Shown here one piece after another: positions 19,468-28,815 of a stretch of 35,858 nucleotides of DNA. Numbering within the stretch: the stretch's first letter is position 1; each line of letters opens with the position of its first letter. Source of the stretch: an uncultured bacterium (GTDB taxonomy: Bacteria > Krumholzibacteriota > Krumholzibacteriia > Krumholzibacteriales > Krumholzibacteriaceae); assembly GCA_965371515.1 (NCBI GenBank), contig CBDUYR010000026.1:1-35858 (forward strand), read 5' to 3'. Position numbers and translations under genes: made by a program. The notes below the pieces were generated by a model. The model made no database searches. It was not told where the DNA came from and saw only the letters and a program-made list of their open reading frames with translations.

Positions 19468-20858
19468 GAAGATACATCGGCGGGCGAGACAGGCAGAGGA
19501 TCGGCGAGGAGTTCCTCGATGAAGACGGACAGGTCGGCGCCGGTCTCGGCGAGAATGGCCGCGTTCAGATCGCCGACTCCGATCTCCCTCCCGTCCGGAT
19601 CCTCCTGGTAGAGCCTCCTGATCACGTCGATCAGACCGGAACCTCCGCCCGTAAGCGAGGAGATCCTCTCGTCGATCGCGCGTGCGGCGAGGAAACCCCC
19701 GTCGTACAGGAGGTTGACCATCTTCTTGTTCGAAAGGTCACTGTTGCCCGCCATGGTGAGATGGACCGAGCCGCGAAGCGCATTCTCCCTGTACCTGCCG
19801 GTTATCGCGGACTCCGCTGCGTCGTACTGCAGGTCATTGATGATTCGAGCTTTCAGCAGCACCCGGTAGGAGAAATATACCGTGGCCCCCTCGGTGAACC
19901 ACATGAAAGAATCGTCGGCAGGCCGCAGAGTTTCCCCGTTCCAGTTGTGGAAGAACTCGTGCGCGATTATCGACATCGGCACTCCGTAGAGTTCACTCCT
20001 GTCGATGGCGGGATTGAGAAACAGGAGGACCGTCCCTCCGAAATGCACCCCGTAGTAATCGAATCCCCTTCCACCCTTGACCGGGTTGTAATCGCAGATC
20101 ACGAGGTGCCTGTCCCTTGGCGACGAGCCGAACATGGCGATCTCCTCCGAGACGATGGAGCGTACGGTCTCGAACAGCTCATCGTCCTCGAAGCTCCACT
20201 CCCCCCCGACGGCCAGGACGAGGCTGACACCCGATACGGACATCTCGAAAAATCGGTAACCTCCCGCCGCGACGAGCGTCATCGGGAGCTCGGATACCGA
20301 GGGCACTATCATCCTGGTGCCGACCGTTTCCCATGGAGATCCGATCCTGTCGCCCTCGTGAAGGTCGATGTCGACCAGGACCCCCTCCGCCACCAGATGC
20401 ACCGGCTGGACGAAGAGGTCCCTCCCCATGAGCCTGGACCTGCCTGGTCCCAGATGGCTCAGCATCCCCCTCACTTCGGGGGAGTACCTGTCCTCGATCG
20501 TCATGACCGCATCGTAACTGATCGTGAAGTCGTCCTCGTCGCATGCGATTTCCCAGCCCTCCGGAGTGGCCGTGATCCCGAGCGGACAGCCGTCCGGGGC
20601 GAAGGCCTCCATCCCTATCGGCTCGAGCCTTCCGCCCGACTCCGTCTCCACGGCGTAGAACGTGAATTTTCTGCCGGTGCGACCGAAAACCTTGCCTTCC
20701 ACGGTGACAACGTTCAAGCCGGCGTCCTTCAGGCGAACCGACCACGCCAGGGTAGGATCGGGCGTACCGGACTTCGGAACCGCCATTGACACAACTACCA
20801 GACTCGCTGCAAACAAAGCAATTGCGACGATTCTGGATATGCTTTTATACAGTTCCAT
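19464..20858 (-). CDS. Exported zinc metallopeptidase (M61 glycyl aminopeptidase-like gluzincin)
   Basis: AHEFFHNWN (HEXXH) with downstream WFTEGATVY and LLYDGG. Hydrophobic N-terminal signal. ATG 20858 with GGAGG SD. Confidence 0.8.
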   Translation of the reverse strand: MELYKSISRIVAIALFAASLVVVSMAVPKSGTPDPTLAWSVRLKDAGLNVVTVEGKVFGRTGRKFTFYAVETESGGRLEPIGMEAFAPDGCPLGITATPEGWEIACDEDDFTISYDAVMTIEDRYSPEVRGMLSHLGPGRSRLMGRDLFVQPVHLVAEGVLVDIDLHEGDRIGSPWETVGTRMIVPSVSELPMTLVAAGGYRFFEMSVSGVSLVLAVGGEWSFEDDELFETVRSIVSEEIAMFGSSPRDRHLVICDYNPVKGGRGFDYYGVHFGGTVLLFLNPAIDRSELYGVPMSIIAHEFFHNWNGETLRPADDSFMWFTEGATVYFSYRVLLKARIINDLQYDAAESAITGRYRENALRGSVHLTMAGNSDLSNKKMVNLLYDGGFLAARAIDERISSLTGGGSGLIDVIRRLYQEDPDGREIGVGDLNAAILAETGADLSVFIEELLADPLPVSPADVSS

Positions 20859-20943
20859 CTGTCGATGCCTCCACTGGATGGTACCCGGACCGGACCGCGA
20901 CGCGGCCGACCCTCCCGGCTTGTTATTCACCGCATGAGACGGT

Positions 20944-20959
20944 TGCAAGGTACATTCCA
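20944..20959 (-). promoter_or_regulatory. Putative sigma54 (-24/-12) promoter for the peptidase gene
   Basis: Minus strand TGGAATGTACCTTGCA has GG-N10-GC with TTGCA, matching the TGGCAC-N5-TTGCW spacing. Confidence 0.5.
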
Positions 20960-20964
20960 GCGCC

Positions 20965-20994
20965 TTGACCATCTGAGGCCAGAAGTCATACAAT
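20965..20994 (+). promoter_or_regulatory. sigma70 promoter giving a probably leaderless cobB mRNA
   Basis: TTGACC-18 bp-TACAAT ending 6 nt before ATG 21001. No SD is present. Confidence 0.65.
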
Positions 20995-21000
20995 TACGCC

Positions 21001-21756
21001 ATGAACGGAGAATTCGACAGGGCGGCATCGATACTGGCCCGCTCGATGAGGACGGCGGCTCTTACCGGCGCCGGGATTTCCAGGGAGAGCGGGATCCCGA
21101 CCTTCAGGGACAGCGACGGGATCTGGGGCAAATACAGGCCCGAGGACCTCGCCACGCTCGAGGGATTCCTCGCCGATCCCGGCCTCGTCTGGCGATGGTA
21201 TATGGAGAGGCTCTTCACAGCCCGGACGAAAAAGCCCAATCCCGGCCACTACGCACTGGCAAGGCTCGAGCGGATCCTGCCCCGGTTCGTCCTGATCACG
21301 CAGAACATCGACGATCTTCACCGGAAGGCGGGAAGCGCCGACCTGATAGAACTGCACGGCAATATCGAGAGGTTCAGGTGCCTCGATGCAGCCCATCCTG
21401 CCGAATACGACCCCGAATGGGGAGACGAGCCGCCGCTCTGCAGCTGCGGATCCATCATCAGGCCCGGCGTCGTCTGGTTCGGCGAGCCGATGCCGGAAAA
21501 GGAGATCGATCGGGCCTTCGTCGAGTCCGCAAAGTGCGACGTGATGCTCGTAGTCGGAACGTCCGGCCTGGTTTCACCCGCCTCTCAACTGCCCCTCGCT
21601 GCGAAGGGCGCCGGAGCCGCTGTAATAGAGGTGAACACGGCAAGGTCGGCGATCACGCCGCTGGCTGATGTTTTTCTGGAGGGTCCGTCCGGAGAGGTTC
21701 TGCCAGGCCTCGTCTCGAGGACTGAAGAGATCATGAACGATATCCAGGGGAGTTGA
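21001..21756 (+). CDS. cobB: NAD-dependent protein deacylase (class III sirtuin)
   Basis: TGAGISRESGIPTFR, PNPGH, TQNIDDLH, ELHGN, RPGVVWFGE and VVGTS motifs. Confidence 0.95.
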   Translation: MNGEFDRAASILARSMRTAALTGAGISRESGIPTFRDSDGIWGKYRPEDLATLEGFLADPGLVWRWYMERLFTARTKKPNPGHYALARLERILPRFVLITQNIDDLHRKAGSADLIELHGNIERFRCLDAAHPAEYDPEWGDEPPLCSCGSIIRPGVVWFGEPMPEKEIDRAFVESAKCDVMLVVGTSGLVSPASQLPLAAKGAGAAVIEVNTARSAITPLADVFLEGPSGEVLPGLVSRTEEIMNDIQGS

Positions 21757-21760
21757 CCGG

Positions 21761-22939
21761 TCAGATCCGGAGTCTTCTGCGAATTTCGGAGAGATCGCTT
21801 TTCACCTGGTCGACGACGCTGCGGAACGCCTCATCCTCTTCACCCGTTCTCTCCTTCATGCTGGTCCAGCACCACCACGCCAGGACGAGGGACATCCATA
21901 CGCCTCCGGCGGCGAACGCGATCAGGACCACAGTCCACCGCGGGATGCCGGCCCTCTTCCCGGGAATCCCCGGTGAATCGACTACCTGAACTGACGAAGT
22001 GGTTCGCGCCAGGTCGATGCCGCTCTCCTCGTGTTTCTGCAGAAGGAAGGAGTATACCCGCTCGTTGACCTCGAGGTCTCTCTGAAGCGCGGCATATTCC
22101 TGTTGGAGCGCGGGGAGCTTCTCGAGAGATACGAAGACCGTTATCGAGGTATCGCCTTTTACAATATTCTCGAGCTGGCTGTTGATGTTTCTCAGCTCGA
22201 GCTCCTTCTTGTTCAGTTCGACGGCATTATCCCTCGAAAACTCGCGCAGGATGTCTATCTGTACAGCTGTTATGGCCGCCCTGATCTTGAGGGCGATCGC
22301 CACGTCTATCGCGCCGCGGACCTGCTCCTCGAAACTGATTATCCCGTGTTCCTCCTGGAATGCCGCTATCCTGGTCCTCGACTCCTCGAGACGGTACCTG
22401 TACGACTCTATCTGCTTTCTCGTGAATTCCAGGATACCCTCGGCCCGCTCGTAAAGCAGGCTGCGATTGATCGAGTCGAGGCTGGCTATGTGATGCCTGG
22501 CAATATTCATCGCCATCACGGGATCCCTGTCGCGAGCCTTCAGAGTGATAATCCCTACCTGGGACGATCCTGCGGACACCGATCCCCTCAATCTGCTGAC
22601 GGCGTCGTCCATCTTATTGGCCTTGTACCATTCCATGAGTCCGAGGTCGGACACTACCTTCTCCGCCATCCCTCTGCTGCCCAGGATGTTCACCATCACA
22701 GCAGCCGACATCGATCCACCCGTCATCGGGGCGATCATCGAAGGCAGGCTCATCGAGGCCATCCAGGCGGAGAGAAGCCCGTCGCCTCCCTCCTCCATCG
22801 GAGGCATCAACATCGCCCGCGATTCGTACGCCGGGTCGGCGATCAGGACGTACAGCAGCACCGCGACAGCAAACACCACCGCGGAAGCGAGTATTGTCCG
22901 TCTTCTCTTTATCAGGTAATCGAAAAGCCTGAATCCCAT
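21761..22939 (-). CDS. Polysaccharide chain-length determinant / co-polymerase (Wzz/GumC-like, no kinase domain)
   Basis: Two TMs flanking a coiled-coil periplasmic region, with P.YES.A..M, ILGSR, Y..LQRDLEV...VY.FL and VQVVDSP..P motifs. Confidence 0.82.
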   Translation of the reverse strand: MGFRLFDYLIKRRRTILASAVVFAVAVLLYVLIADPAYESRAMLMPPMEEGGDGLLSAWMASMSLPSMIAPMTGGSMSAAVMVNILGSRGMAEKVVSDLGLMEWYKANKMDDAVSRLRGSVSAGSSQVGIITLKARDRDPVMAMNIARHHIASLDSINRSLLYERAEGILEFTRKQIESYRYRLEESRTRIAAFQEEHGIISFEEQVRGAIDVAIALKIRAAITAVQIDILREFSRDNAVELNKKELELRNINSQLENIVKGDTSITVFVSLEKLPALQQEYAALQRDLEVNERVYSFLLQKHEESGIDLARTTSSVQVVDSPGIPGKRAGIPRWTVVLIAFAAGGVWMSLVLAWWCWTSMKERTGEEDEAFRSVVDQVKSDLSEIRRRLRI

Positions 22940-22966
22940 CGGGACACCTCTCGTACGGCGGAAGGA

Positions 22967-23314
22967 TCACCCGCCGAAAAGTTTTTCCATCCTGTCGGCG
23001 GCGCGCCTCAGATGCGGAATCACGATCGAACCGCCGACGACGAGCGCCACATTGAAAGCCTCGTAGAACTGCTCCTTCGTGACCCCCTCCTCGAAACATC
23101 TCACTACGTGATAATCGATGCAGTCTTCGCACCTCAGCACCATCGACGACGCCAGCCCCATCAGCTCCTTGGTTCTCACATCGAGCGCACCGTCGGTATA
23201 TGCCTGGGTGTCGAGGGCGAAGAACCTCTTTATGCCGAGGTGATCGGACGAGAGGACCGTCTTGTTGAGCCGGTCTCTCTCCTCGTCGAAATCTTTTCTC
23301 CAGTCTTCAGACAT
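22967..23314 (-). CDS. Carboxymuconolactone decarboxylase / AhpD-like protein
   Basis: GALDVRTKELMGL and RCEDCIDYH (CxxC..H). Confidence 0.88.
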   Translation of the reverse strand: MSEDWRKDFDEERDRLNKTVLSSDHLGIKRFFALDTQAYTDGALDVRTKELMGLASSMVLRCEDCIDYHVVRCFEEGVTKEQFYEAFNVALVVGGSIVIPHLRRAADRMEKLFGG

Positions 23315-23339
23315 CGTCTTTGACCTCCCCGGAACCCGG

Positions 23340-24596
23340 TCACTCCACCGGGAGGAGCCTCATGTATTTCTTCTTTCCGGCCCTGAGAAGAACACAGCCA
23401 TCCTCGATATCATCCGCCGTGATATTCTCGTCGAAATGCTCGATCCTCCGCCCGTTCACGTACGCGCCTCCCTGCTGAACGAGGCGCCTCGCCTCTCCGC
23501 GCGATTTAGTCAGGCCGGATTCGGCGAACAGCACGAAGGCCGGTATACCCTCCCGGAGCTTCACAACGGGGAATTCTATCATCGGACCAGTCTTTAACGT
23601 CGGATTCGTTACATCCGTGCCAGCCGTGGCAGGATCAGGGGTGACAAACAGAGCCTTCGATGCTTCCTTCGCCTCCGCGGCGGCAGCCTCTCCATGCAGG
23701 ATGTCGGTGCATTCGGTCGCGAGTACTTCCTTCGCTTCCCTTATCTCCGCTCCCTCGAGTGACGAGAGGCGCCGCACCTCGTCCATCGGCAGGAATGTGA
23801 ACAGCGCGAGGAACTTTCCCACATCCATGTCATCGGTGTTGATCCAGTACTGGTAGTAGTCGTACGGCGAGGTGCGCTGCGGATCGAGCCAGATCGCACC
23901 CTTCTCAGTCTTGCCCATCTTGCTGCCTGACGCCGTGGTAAGCAGCGGGAAAGTAAGCGCCTCGGCGTCGCCCCCTTCCACCCTTCTTATCAGGTCGGTA
24001 CCGGCAAGGATATTGCCCCACTGGTCGTTGCCCCCCATCTGCAGCGTGCAGTCGTATTCCCTGTACAGGTGGAGAAAATCGTATGCCTGCAGGAGCATGT
24101 AATTAAATTCGATGAAGTTGAGGCCTGTCTCGAGCCTCATCCGGTAGCTCTCGGCGGCGAGCATCTTGTTGACGCTGAAATGGCGTCCGATATCTCGCAA
24201 AAACTCGATGAAGTTCAGAGGCATCAACCATTCGGCATTGTTGAGCATAAGAACCCTGTCGCCGGAGAAATCCATGAAGTGGGCGAGCTGCTTCTTCAGC
24301 CCTTCGGCGTTCGCCTCGATCTGCTCGGACGTCATCAACTGCCGAAGTTCGGTCTTCCCGCTCGGGTCGCCTATCATCGACGTACCCCCACCCACGAGCG
24401 TGATAACCCGGTGACCGGCCCGCTGCATGTGGGCAAGCGCCATGATGGGGACCAGGCTCCCGCAATGGAAGCTGTCCGACGTCGGATCGAAGCCTATATA
24501 GCACGTGAGCGGGTTTTCGAGCATGTTCTTCACGCGGTCCGTGTCGGTGCACTGCTCGATGAATCCCCTCTCCTCTAATATTTCGTATACGTTCAT
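23340..24596 (-). CDS. tyrS: Tyrosine--tRNA ligase
   Basis: YIGFDPT, HCGS (HIGH), IGDPSGK, YMLLQAYDF, QMGGNDQWGN, KMGKT and a C-terminal S4 domain. Start at ATG 24596. Confidence 0.97.
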   Translation of the reverse strand: MNVYEILEERGFIEQCTDTDRVKNMLENPLTCYIGFDPTSDSFHCGSLVPIMALAHMQRAGHRVITLVGGGTSMIGDPSGKTELRQLMTSEQIEANAEGLKKQLAHFMDFSGDRVLMLNNAEWLMPLNFIEFLRDIGRHFSVNKMLAAESYRMRLETGLNFIEFNYMLLQAYDFLHLYREYDCTLQMGGNDQWGNILAGTDLIRRVEGGDAEALTFPLLTTASGSKMGKTEKGAIWLDPQRTSPYDYYQYWINTDDMDVGKFLALFTFLPMDEVRRLSSLEGAEIREAKEVLATECTDILHGEAAAAEAKEASKALFVTPDPATAGTDVTNPTLKTGPMIEFPVVKLREGIPAFVLFAESGLTKSRGEARRLVQQGGAYVNGRRIEHFDENITADDIEDGCVLLRAGKKKYMRLLPVE

Positions 24597-24712
24597 CCTC
24601 TCTTCTCCGTTCAGCTCGGCCATCAGGACAAGCCGGGGAATAATAACACGGTAAAGAAAGGTCCGACACAGGTTTTTTGTTCCAACACCGCGGCCCGGCC
24701 ACCGAATAGAGC

Positions 24713-24740
24713 TTGAACTGGCCGACCTCTTCAATATACT
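24713..24740 (+). promoter_or_regulatory. Possible sigma70 promoter for the aminotransferase
   Basis: TTGAAC-16 bp-TATACT in the divergent tyrS/aminotransferase intergenic region. Confidence 0.5.
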
Positions 24741-24792
24741 GGCGGAATACCCATTGTACGGGGCCGAGCGGATTCACCGAAAGGAATGACCG

Positions 24793-25647
24793 ATGAACGG
24801 ATCGATGGACGTCTATCTCGACGGCAGTTTCGTTCCGCAGGGAGAGGCATCCATATCGCCTCTCGACCGCGGGTTCATGTTCGCCGACGGCGTCTACGAG
24901 GTGCTCCGCTCTTACCGGGGTTCGCTCTTCGAACTGACCGCTCATATCGAGCGGCTGCGCCGCAGCCTCAGTGAGATCCGGATCGATCGGACCGCGACGA
25001 ACGGGCTCGAAGAGATCTTTCCCGAGCTCCTCGAGCGAAGCGGTCTCGCTGGATCGGACGCGCTGATCTACGTCCAGATCACGAGGGGCGCCGCGCCGCG
25101 CGAGCACCAGTTCCCCGGGGAGAAAACAACGCCGACTATCTACGCCCATGCCGTCCCCTTCGATCCACCACGGGAGGAACGCGACAGGGGTATCCCGGTT
25201 ATTCTCGTCCCCGACACGAGATGGAACAGGTGCGACATCAAATCGATCGCGCTTCTTCCGAACGTCCTCGCAAGGCAGATGGCCGATGACGCCGGCGCCG
25301 GAGAGGCAGTGTTCGTGCGCGACGGCGTGGTGACGGAAGGGTCGGCATCCACGTTCGCCGCCGTATTCAGCGGGACCGTCGTGATGCATCCCGAGTCGAA
25401 CGTGGTCCTTCCGGGAATAACGAAGAGAGTCGTAATGGATATCTGCTCGCGGACGGGGATCCCCGTAGCTGAGAGGCCGTTCAGGGAGGAAGAGCTCTCC
25501 CGTGCGGCTGAGATGATGCTGTTCAGCACGACGAGAGAGGTCATGCCGGTCGTGTCGGTGGACGGGATGAAGGTCGGAAGCGGCGCTCCCGGCCCCCTGA
25601 CGCGGAAACTTCAGGCGGCATTCTCGGAGATCATCCGCTCCGCCTGA
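24793..25647 (+). CDS. dat: PLP-dependent class IV aminotransferase, D-amino-acid transaminase-like
   Basis: DRGFMFADGVYE, YVQITRG...R.H, RW.RCDIKS, VTEG, LPGIT and STTRE motifs. Confidence 0.85.
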   Translation: MNGSMDVYLDGSFVPQGEASISPLDRGFMFADGVYEVLRSYRGSLFELTAHIERLRRSLSEIRIDRTATNGLEEIFPELLERSGLAGSDALIYVQITRGAAPREHQFPGEKTTPTIYAHAVPFDPPREERDRGIPVILVPDTRWNRCDIKSIALLPNVLARQMADDAGAGEAVFVRDGVVTEGSASTFAAVFSGTVVMHPESNVVLPGITKRVVMDICSRTGIPVAERPFREEELSRAAEMMLFSTTREVMPVVSVDGMKVGSGAPGPLTRKLQAAFSEIIRSA

Positions 25648-26122
25648 CGGCGACTGACCTCATAACCCCACCACCGGCGAGCCGGCTGAAAATATCGAAG
25701 ATATCAGTCCTGTCCGTGCGGAAGAGATGGGAGGCACAGCCGCAGTCGGAGGAACCGAACCCCGGCGCCCCTTCCACCACACCTTCGATGCCGGCGAGTA
25801 TGCCGGCCCACACGTGCTCGAGCCTCTCGTCTGATACGACGTACCACACCTCCATGGGAGACGCAGCGAACCTGAGATAATCGATGTGCCATTTCGGCAG
25901 CCCGGGGAACCGGGCGTGATGGGCGATCCTCGCGGCGAGACCTCCCGGCCCCAGCGCACTCCCACAGTAGAGACAGGTCCCTGCGGGAAAGGTGAGCTCA
26001 CCTAGCCCGCCGACGTCGATCACGCTCTCCCAGTGGAGCTTCAGGACGAGGACATATGTGCCCGGAGACGGGGGCATATCGAATGTTATCGGGGAATCGC
26101 TACCGGAATGACGGGCGTTCAT
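25631..26122 (-). CDS. DUF123 / Uri-superfamily GIY-YIG-like nuclease
   Basis: [26 protein letters not shown] and [14 protein letters not shown] motifs. ATGA overlap with the kinase gene. Confidence 0.85.
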   Translation of the reverse strand: MNARHSGSDSPITFDMPPSPGTYVLVLKLHWESVIDVGGLGELTFPAGTCLYCGSALGPGGLAARIAHHARFPGLPKWHIDYLRFAASPMEVWYVVSDERLEHVWAGILAGIEGVVEGAPGFGSSDCGCASHLFRTDRTDIFDIFSRLAGGGVMRSVAVRRSG

Positions 26123-28803
26123 CGGTTCTCCAGGGCCTCCCTTATCTTGTCGGCAAGCTCCCTGACTGTAAACGGCTTCTGCAGGAACTTGACGCCATCG
26201 TCGACGAAACCCTTGTGGATGATCACGTTGTCGGTGTAGCCGGACATGAAGAGGACCATCACCTTCGGGCAGAATTCCGTGACCCGGCGGTGGAGCTCTC
26301 TGCCGTTCATCCCCGGCATCACGACATCGGTGACGAGAATATCGAGCCCTTCGCCGATCTTCTTCGCTATCTCCAGCGCCTCCTCTCCGTCAGAGGCGCT
26401 GTGGACGTCGTATCCTTGCTCTTTCAGAATCCTCTCGACCAGGTTGAGGACGATCCTGTCGTCCTCAACGACAAGCACCGTCTCGCTGCCACCGGTGGCG
26501 TTCTCTCCCGGCCTGGCGGATTCCTCTCTCACGATCGCCTCACCGGTCGGCGGGAAGAGAAGCTTGAAGCTCGAGCCCTCGCCCGGCTCGCTGTAGACGT
26601 ATATGTATCCGCCGTGCTGTTTGACGATCCCGTAGACGACCGCAAGCCCGAGGCCAGTACCTTTTCCCCTCTCTTTCGTCGTGAAGAAGGGATCGAAGAT
26701 CTTGTCTACAATACTCTGGTCCATGCCGGTCCCCGTATCGGATACCGATATCTGCACGTAGTTGCCCGGCTCGATTATGAAGTGAGGTTTTACCAGCCTC
26801 TCCTCAAGCTCGACGAATCCGGTCTCGATGATCAGCTTGCCGCCGTCCGGCATCGCGTCCACGGCGTTTATCGATAGATTGATCAGCATCATCTCGAGCT
26901 GTGTCGGGTCGGCCTTGATCTTCTTCTCGCCGGGGCCGAGGTGCATGGTCATCTCGACGTCCTCCCTCAGAAGCCTCTCGAGCAGTGGCTGGAGCTCCTC
27001 TATGACCTCGTTGACGTCGACTACGCTCGCCTCGAAGACCTGCTTCCTGCTGAAGGCGAGGAGCTGCCTCGTCAGCCGCGAGGCCTTGATCCCCGTCCTG
27101 TGTATATCGTGAACGGTCGGATATACCGGATCGTCCTCGCCGATCAGACTAAGTATCAGGTCGGTGCCTCCGATGATCGTCGTAAGGATATTATTGAAAT
27201 CGTGGGCTATCCCTCCCGCCAGCGTTCCGACCGCCTCCATCTTCTGTGCCTGCTGCAGCTGTTCCTGCAGTCTCCTGCTCTCCGTGATGTCCCGCATCGA
27301 ACCCACGATCCTCGGCAAATCGTCCCCCTCCACGGGAATGAGTGTCGCCGTGATAGAAATGGGATGCGCCACCCCCTCGCTGTCGACCATGTCGACGATG
27401 TAGTTTGTCACCGAGCCCTGGGCGCGCAGCGTTTCTATGTATTTCTTCCTCACTTCGGGATCGGCGTATATAAAGACGGCGTTCTTCTCCAGGACATCCT
27501 TTCTCCTGACCTTCAGGATATCCTCGACTGACGGGCTGACTTCGATGACCTCCCCGGCGAGGGTCGACTCGAAGTATATCTCCCTTACGTTCTCGAAGAT
27601 CCGCCTGTATCTGCTCTCGCTCTCGCGCAGCGCATTCTCGGTCCTCTTTCTCTCTGTCACGTCCTGGAACATCGCGGCCATCTTCCCCGGAGCGGTCTGG
27701 AAGGCGTAGACCTCGTACGCACCGCGTATCCCCTCGAAATCGTAATCGATCTGCTCGGTCTGCCACGGCTTCCCGTTGCGTGCCACTTCCCTGTACTTGA
27801 CTGATACCTCCGACTCGGCCAGCGGGGGGAACGCTTCCTCTAAGGTCTTCCCCATGAAGAGACTGTTGTCGATGCCGAGTATCGTGTCGGCGGCAGGGTT
27901 CGCACCGATAAATATGAACTTACCGTCGTCCTTGAGCTGATAGAGATGCATGCCCATAGGCGAGGCCTCGACTATATTCCGGAACTTCTCCTCCGACTCC
28001 TTGCGCTTCGTGATATCCCTCACTATCGCCTGGATGAACAATCCGTCGGCCAACTCGAGGCTGTTGAGGCTGACCTCGGCGTCGAACGGGGTCCCGTCGG
28101 CGCGTATGTGCTTCCACTCGAAGAGCTGGTACCTGCCTTCGATGGCTGCATTGATCTTTTCCAGCGCTTTCTCCATCGAGTCCCTCCCGTCGGGCTGCTT
28201 CGGAGGCGAAAACTCGTACGGAGGGTGCCCGATGATCTGGTCGCGGGTGCATCCGAACATCTCGAGGGTCTTGGGATTGCAGTCAACGAACATGTCTTCC
28301 TTCATCAGGAAGATCGCGTCATTCGCAAGCTCGAAGAGCAGCCTGTATCTCGTCTCGCTCTCTCTGAGCTCACGTTCCGTTTCCTTTGCCCGTGTGATAT
28401 CGCGAGCCACGGCGAATACAAGCTCGACCTCGGGAAGGGGAAAGGAGTTCCATTCGATCCATCTGTACGAGCCATCGCTGCACATGTACCTGTTTTCGAA
28501 CCCGAGGATCTCCTCGCCGGCGGCAAGCCTCTTCCGGGCCTTGAGCGTCCCTTCGTGGTCGTCGGGATGTACGAATTCGAGGGGCGCCCTGTCTAGCAAG
28601 TCCTTCTCGTCCCACCCGAGCATCCTCTTCCATGACGGGCTCAGATGGAGGAAGCGACCATCCATGTCGATAACGCACAGCATGTCGATCGAGAGATCGA
28701 AGAAGAGGTCGCGCCACGCAGAAGTGGAACCGGCATCACCAGCCCGCCCTTTCAGCTCCTTTATCCTTGCAAGAAGATCATTGCTGGAAGGTATCTCCGG
28801 CAT
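26119..28803 (-). CDS. Soluble multi-PAS hybrid histidine kinase/response regulator (CckA-like output)
   Basis: Four PAS/PAC units, H-box [36 protein letters not shown], and a receiver with VVEDD...[10 protein letters not shown]...KPF. No TM. Confidence 0.94.
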   Translation of the reverse strand: MPEIPSSNDLLARIKELKGRAGDAGSTSAWRDLFFDLSIDMLCVIDMDGRFLHLSPSWKRMLGWDEKDLLDRAPLEFVHPDDHEGTLKARKRLAAGEEILGFENRYMCSDGSYRWIEWNSFPLPEVELVFAVARDITRAKETERELRESETRYRLLFELANDAIFLMKEDMFVDCNPKTLEMFGCTRDQIIGHPPYEFSPPKQPDGRDSMEKALEKINAAIEGRYQLFEWKHIRADGTPFDAEVSLNSLELADGLFIQAIVRDITKRKESEEKFRNIVEASPMGMHLYQLKDDGKFIFIGANPAADTILGIDNSLFMGKTLEEAFPPLAESEVSVKYREVARNGKPWQTEQIDYDFEGIRGAYEVYAFQTAPGKMAAMFQDVTERKRTENALRESESRYRRIFENVREIYFESTLAGEVIEVSPSVEDILKVRRKDVLEKNAVFIYADPEVRKKYIETLRAQGSVTNYIVDMVDSEGVAHPISITATLIPVEGDDLPRIVGSMRDITESRRLQEQLQQAQKMEAVGTLAGGIAHDFNNILTTIIGGTDLILSLIGEDDPVYPTVHDIHRTGIKASRLTRQLLAFSRKQVFEASVVDVNEVIEELQPLLERLLREDVEMTMHLGPGEKKIKADPTQLEMMLINLSINAVDAMPDGGKLIIETGFVELEERLVKPHFIIEPGNYVQISVSDTGTGMDQSIVDKIFDPFFTTKERGKGTGLGLAVVYGIVKQHGGYIYVYSEPGEGSSFKLLFPPTGEAIVREESARPGENATGGSETVLVVEDDRIVLNLVERILKEQGYDVHSASDGEEALEIAKKIGEGLDILVTDVVMPGMNGRELHRRVTEFCPKVMVLFMSGYTDNVIIHKGFVDDGVKFLQKPFTVRELADKIREALENR

Positions 28804-28815
28804 CGCTCACTCCCG

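Noticed and set aside
24597..24792. T-box riboswitch upstream of tyrS
   Set aside because: No AAGGTGGNACCGCG T-box or terminator is visible, and the predicted leader is too short.
24103..25389. 428-aa minus-strand ORF spanning tyrS and the aminotransferase
   Set aside because: It is out of frame with tyrS, antisense to the aminotransferase and has no motifs, so it is likely a chance ORF.
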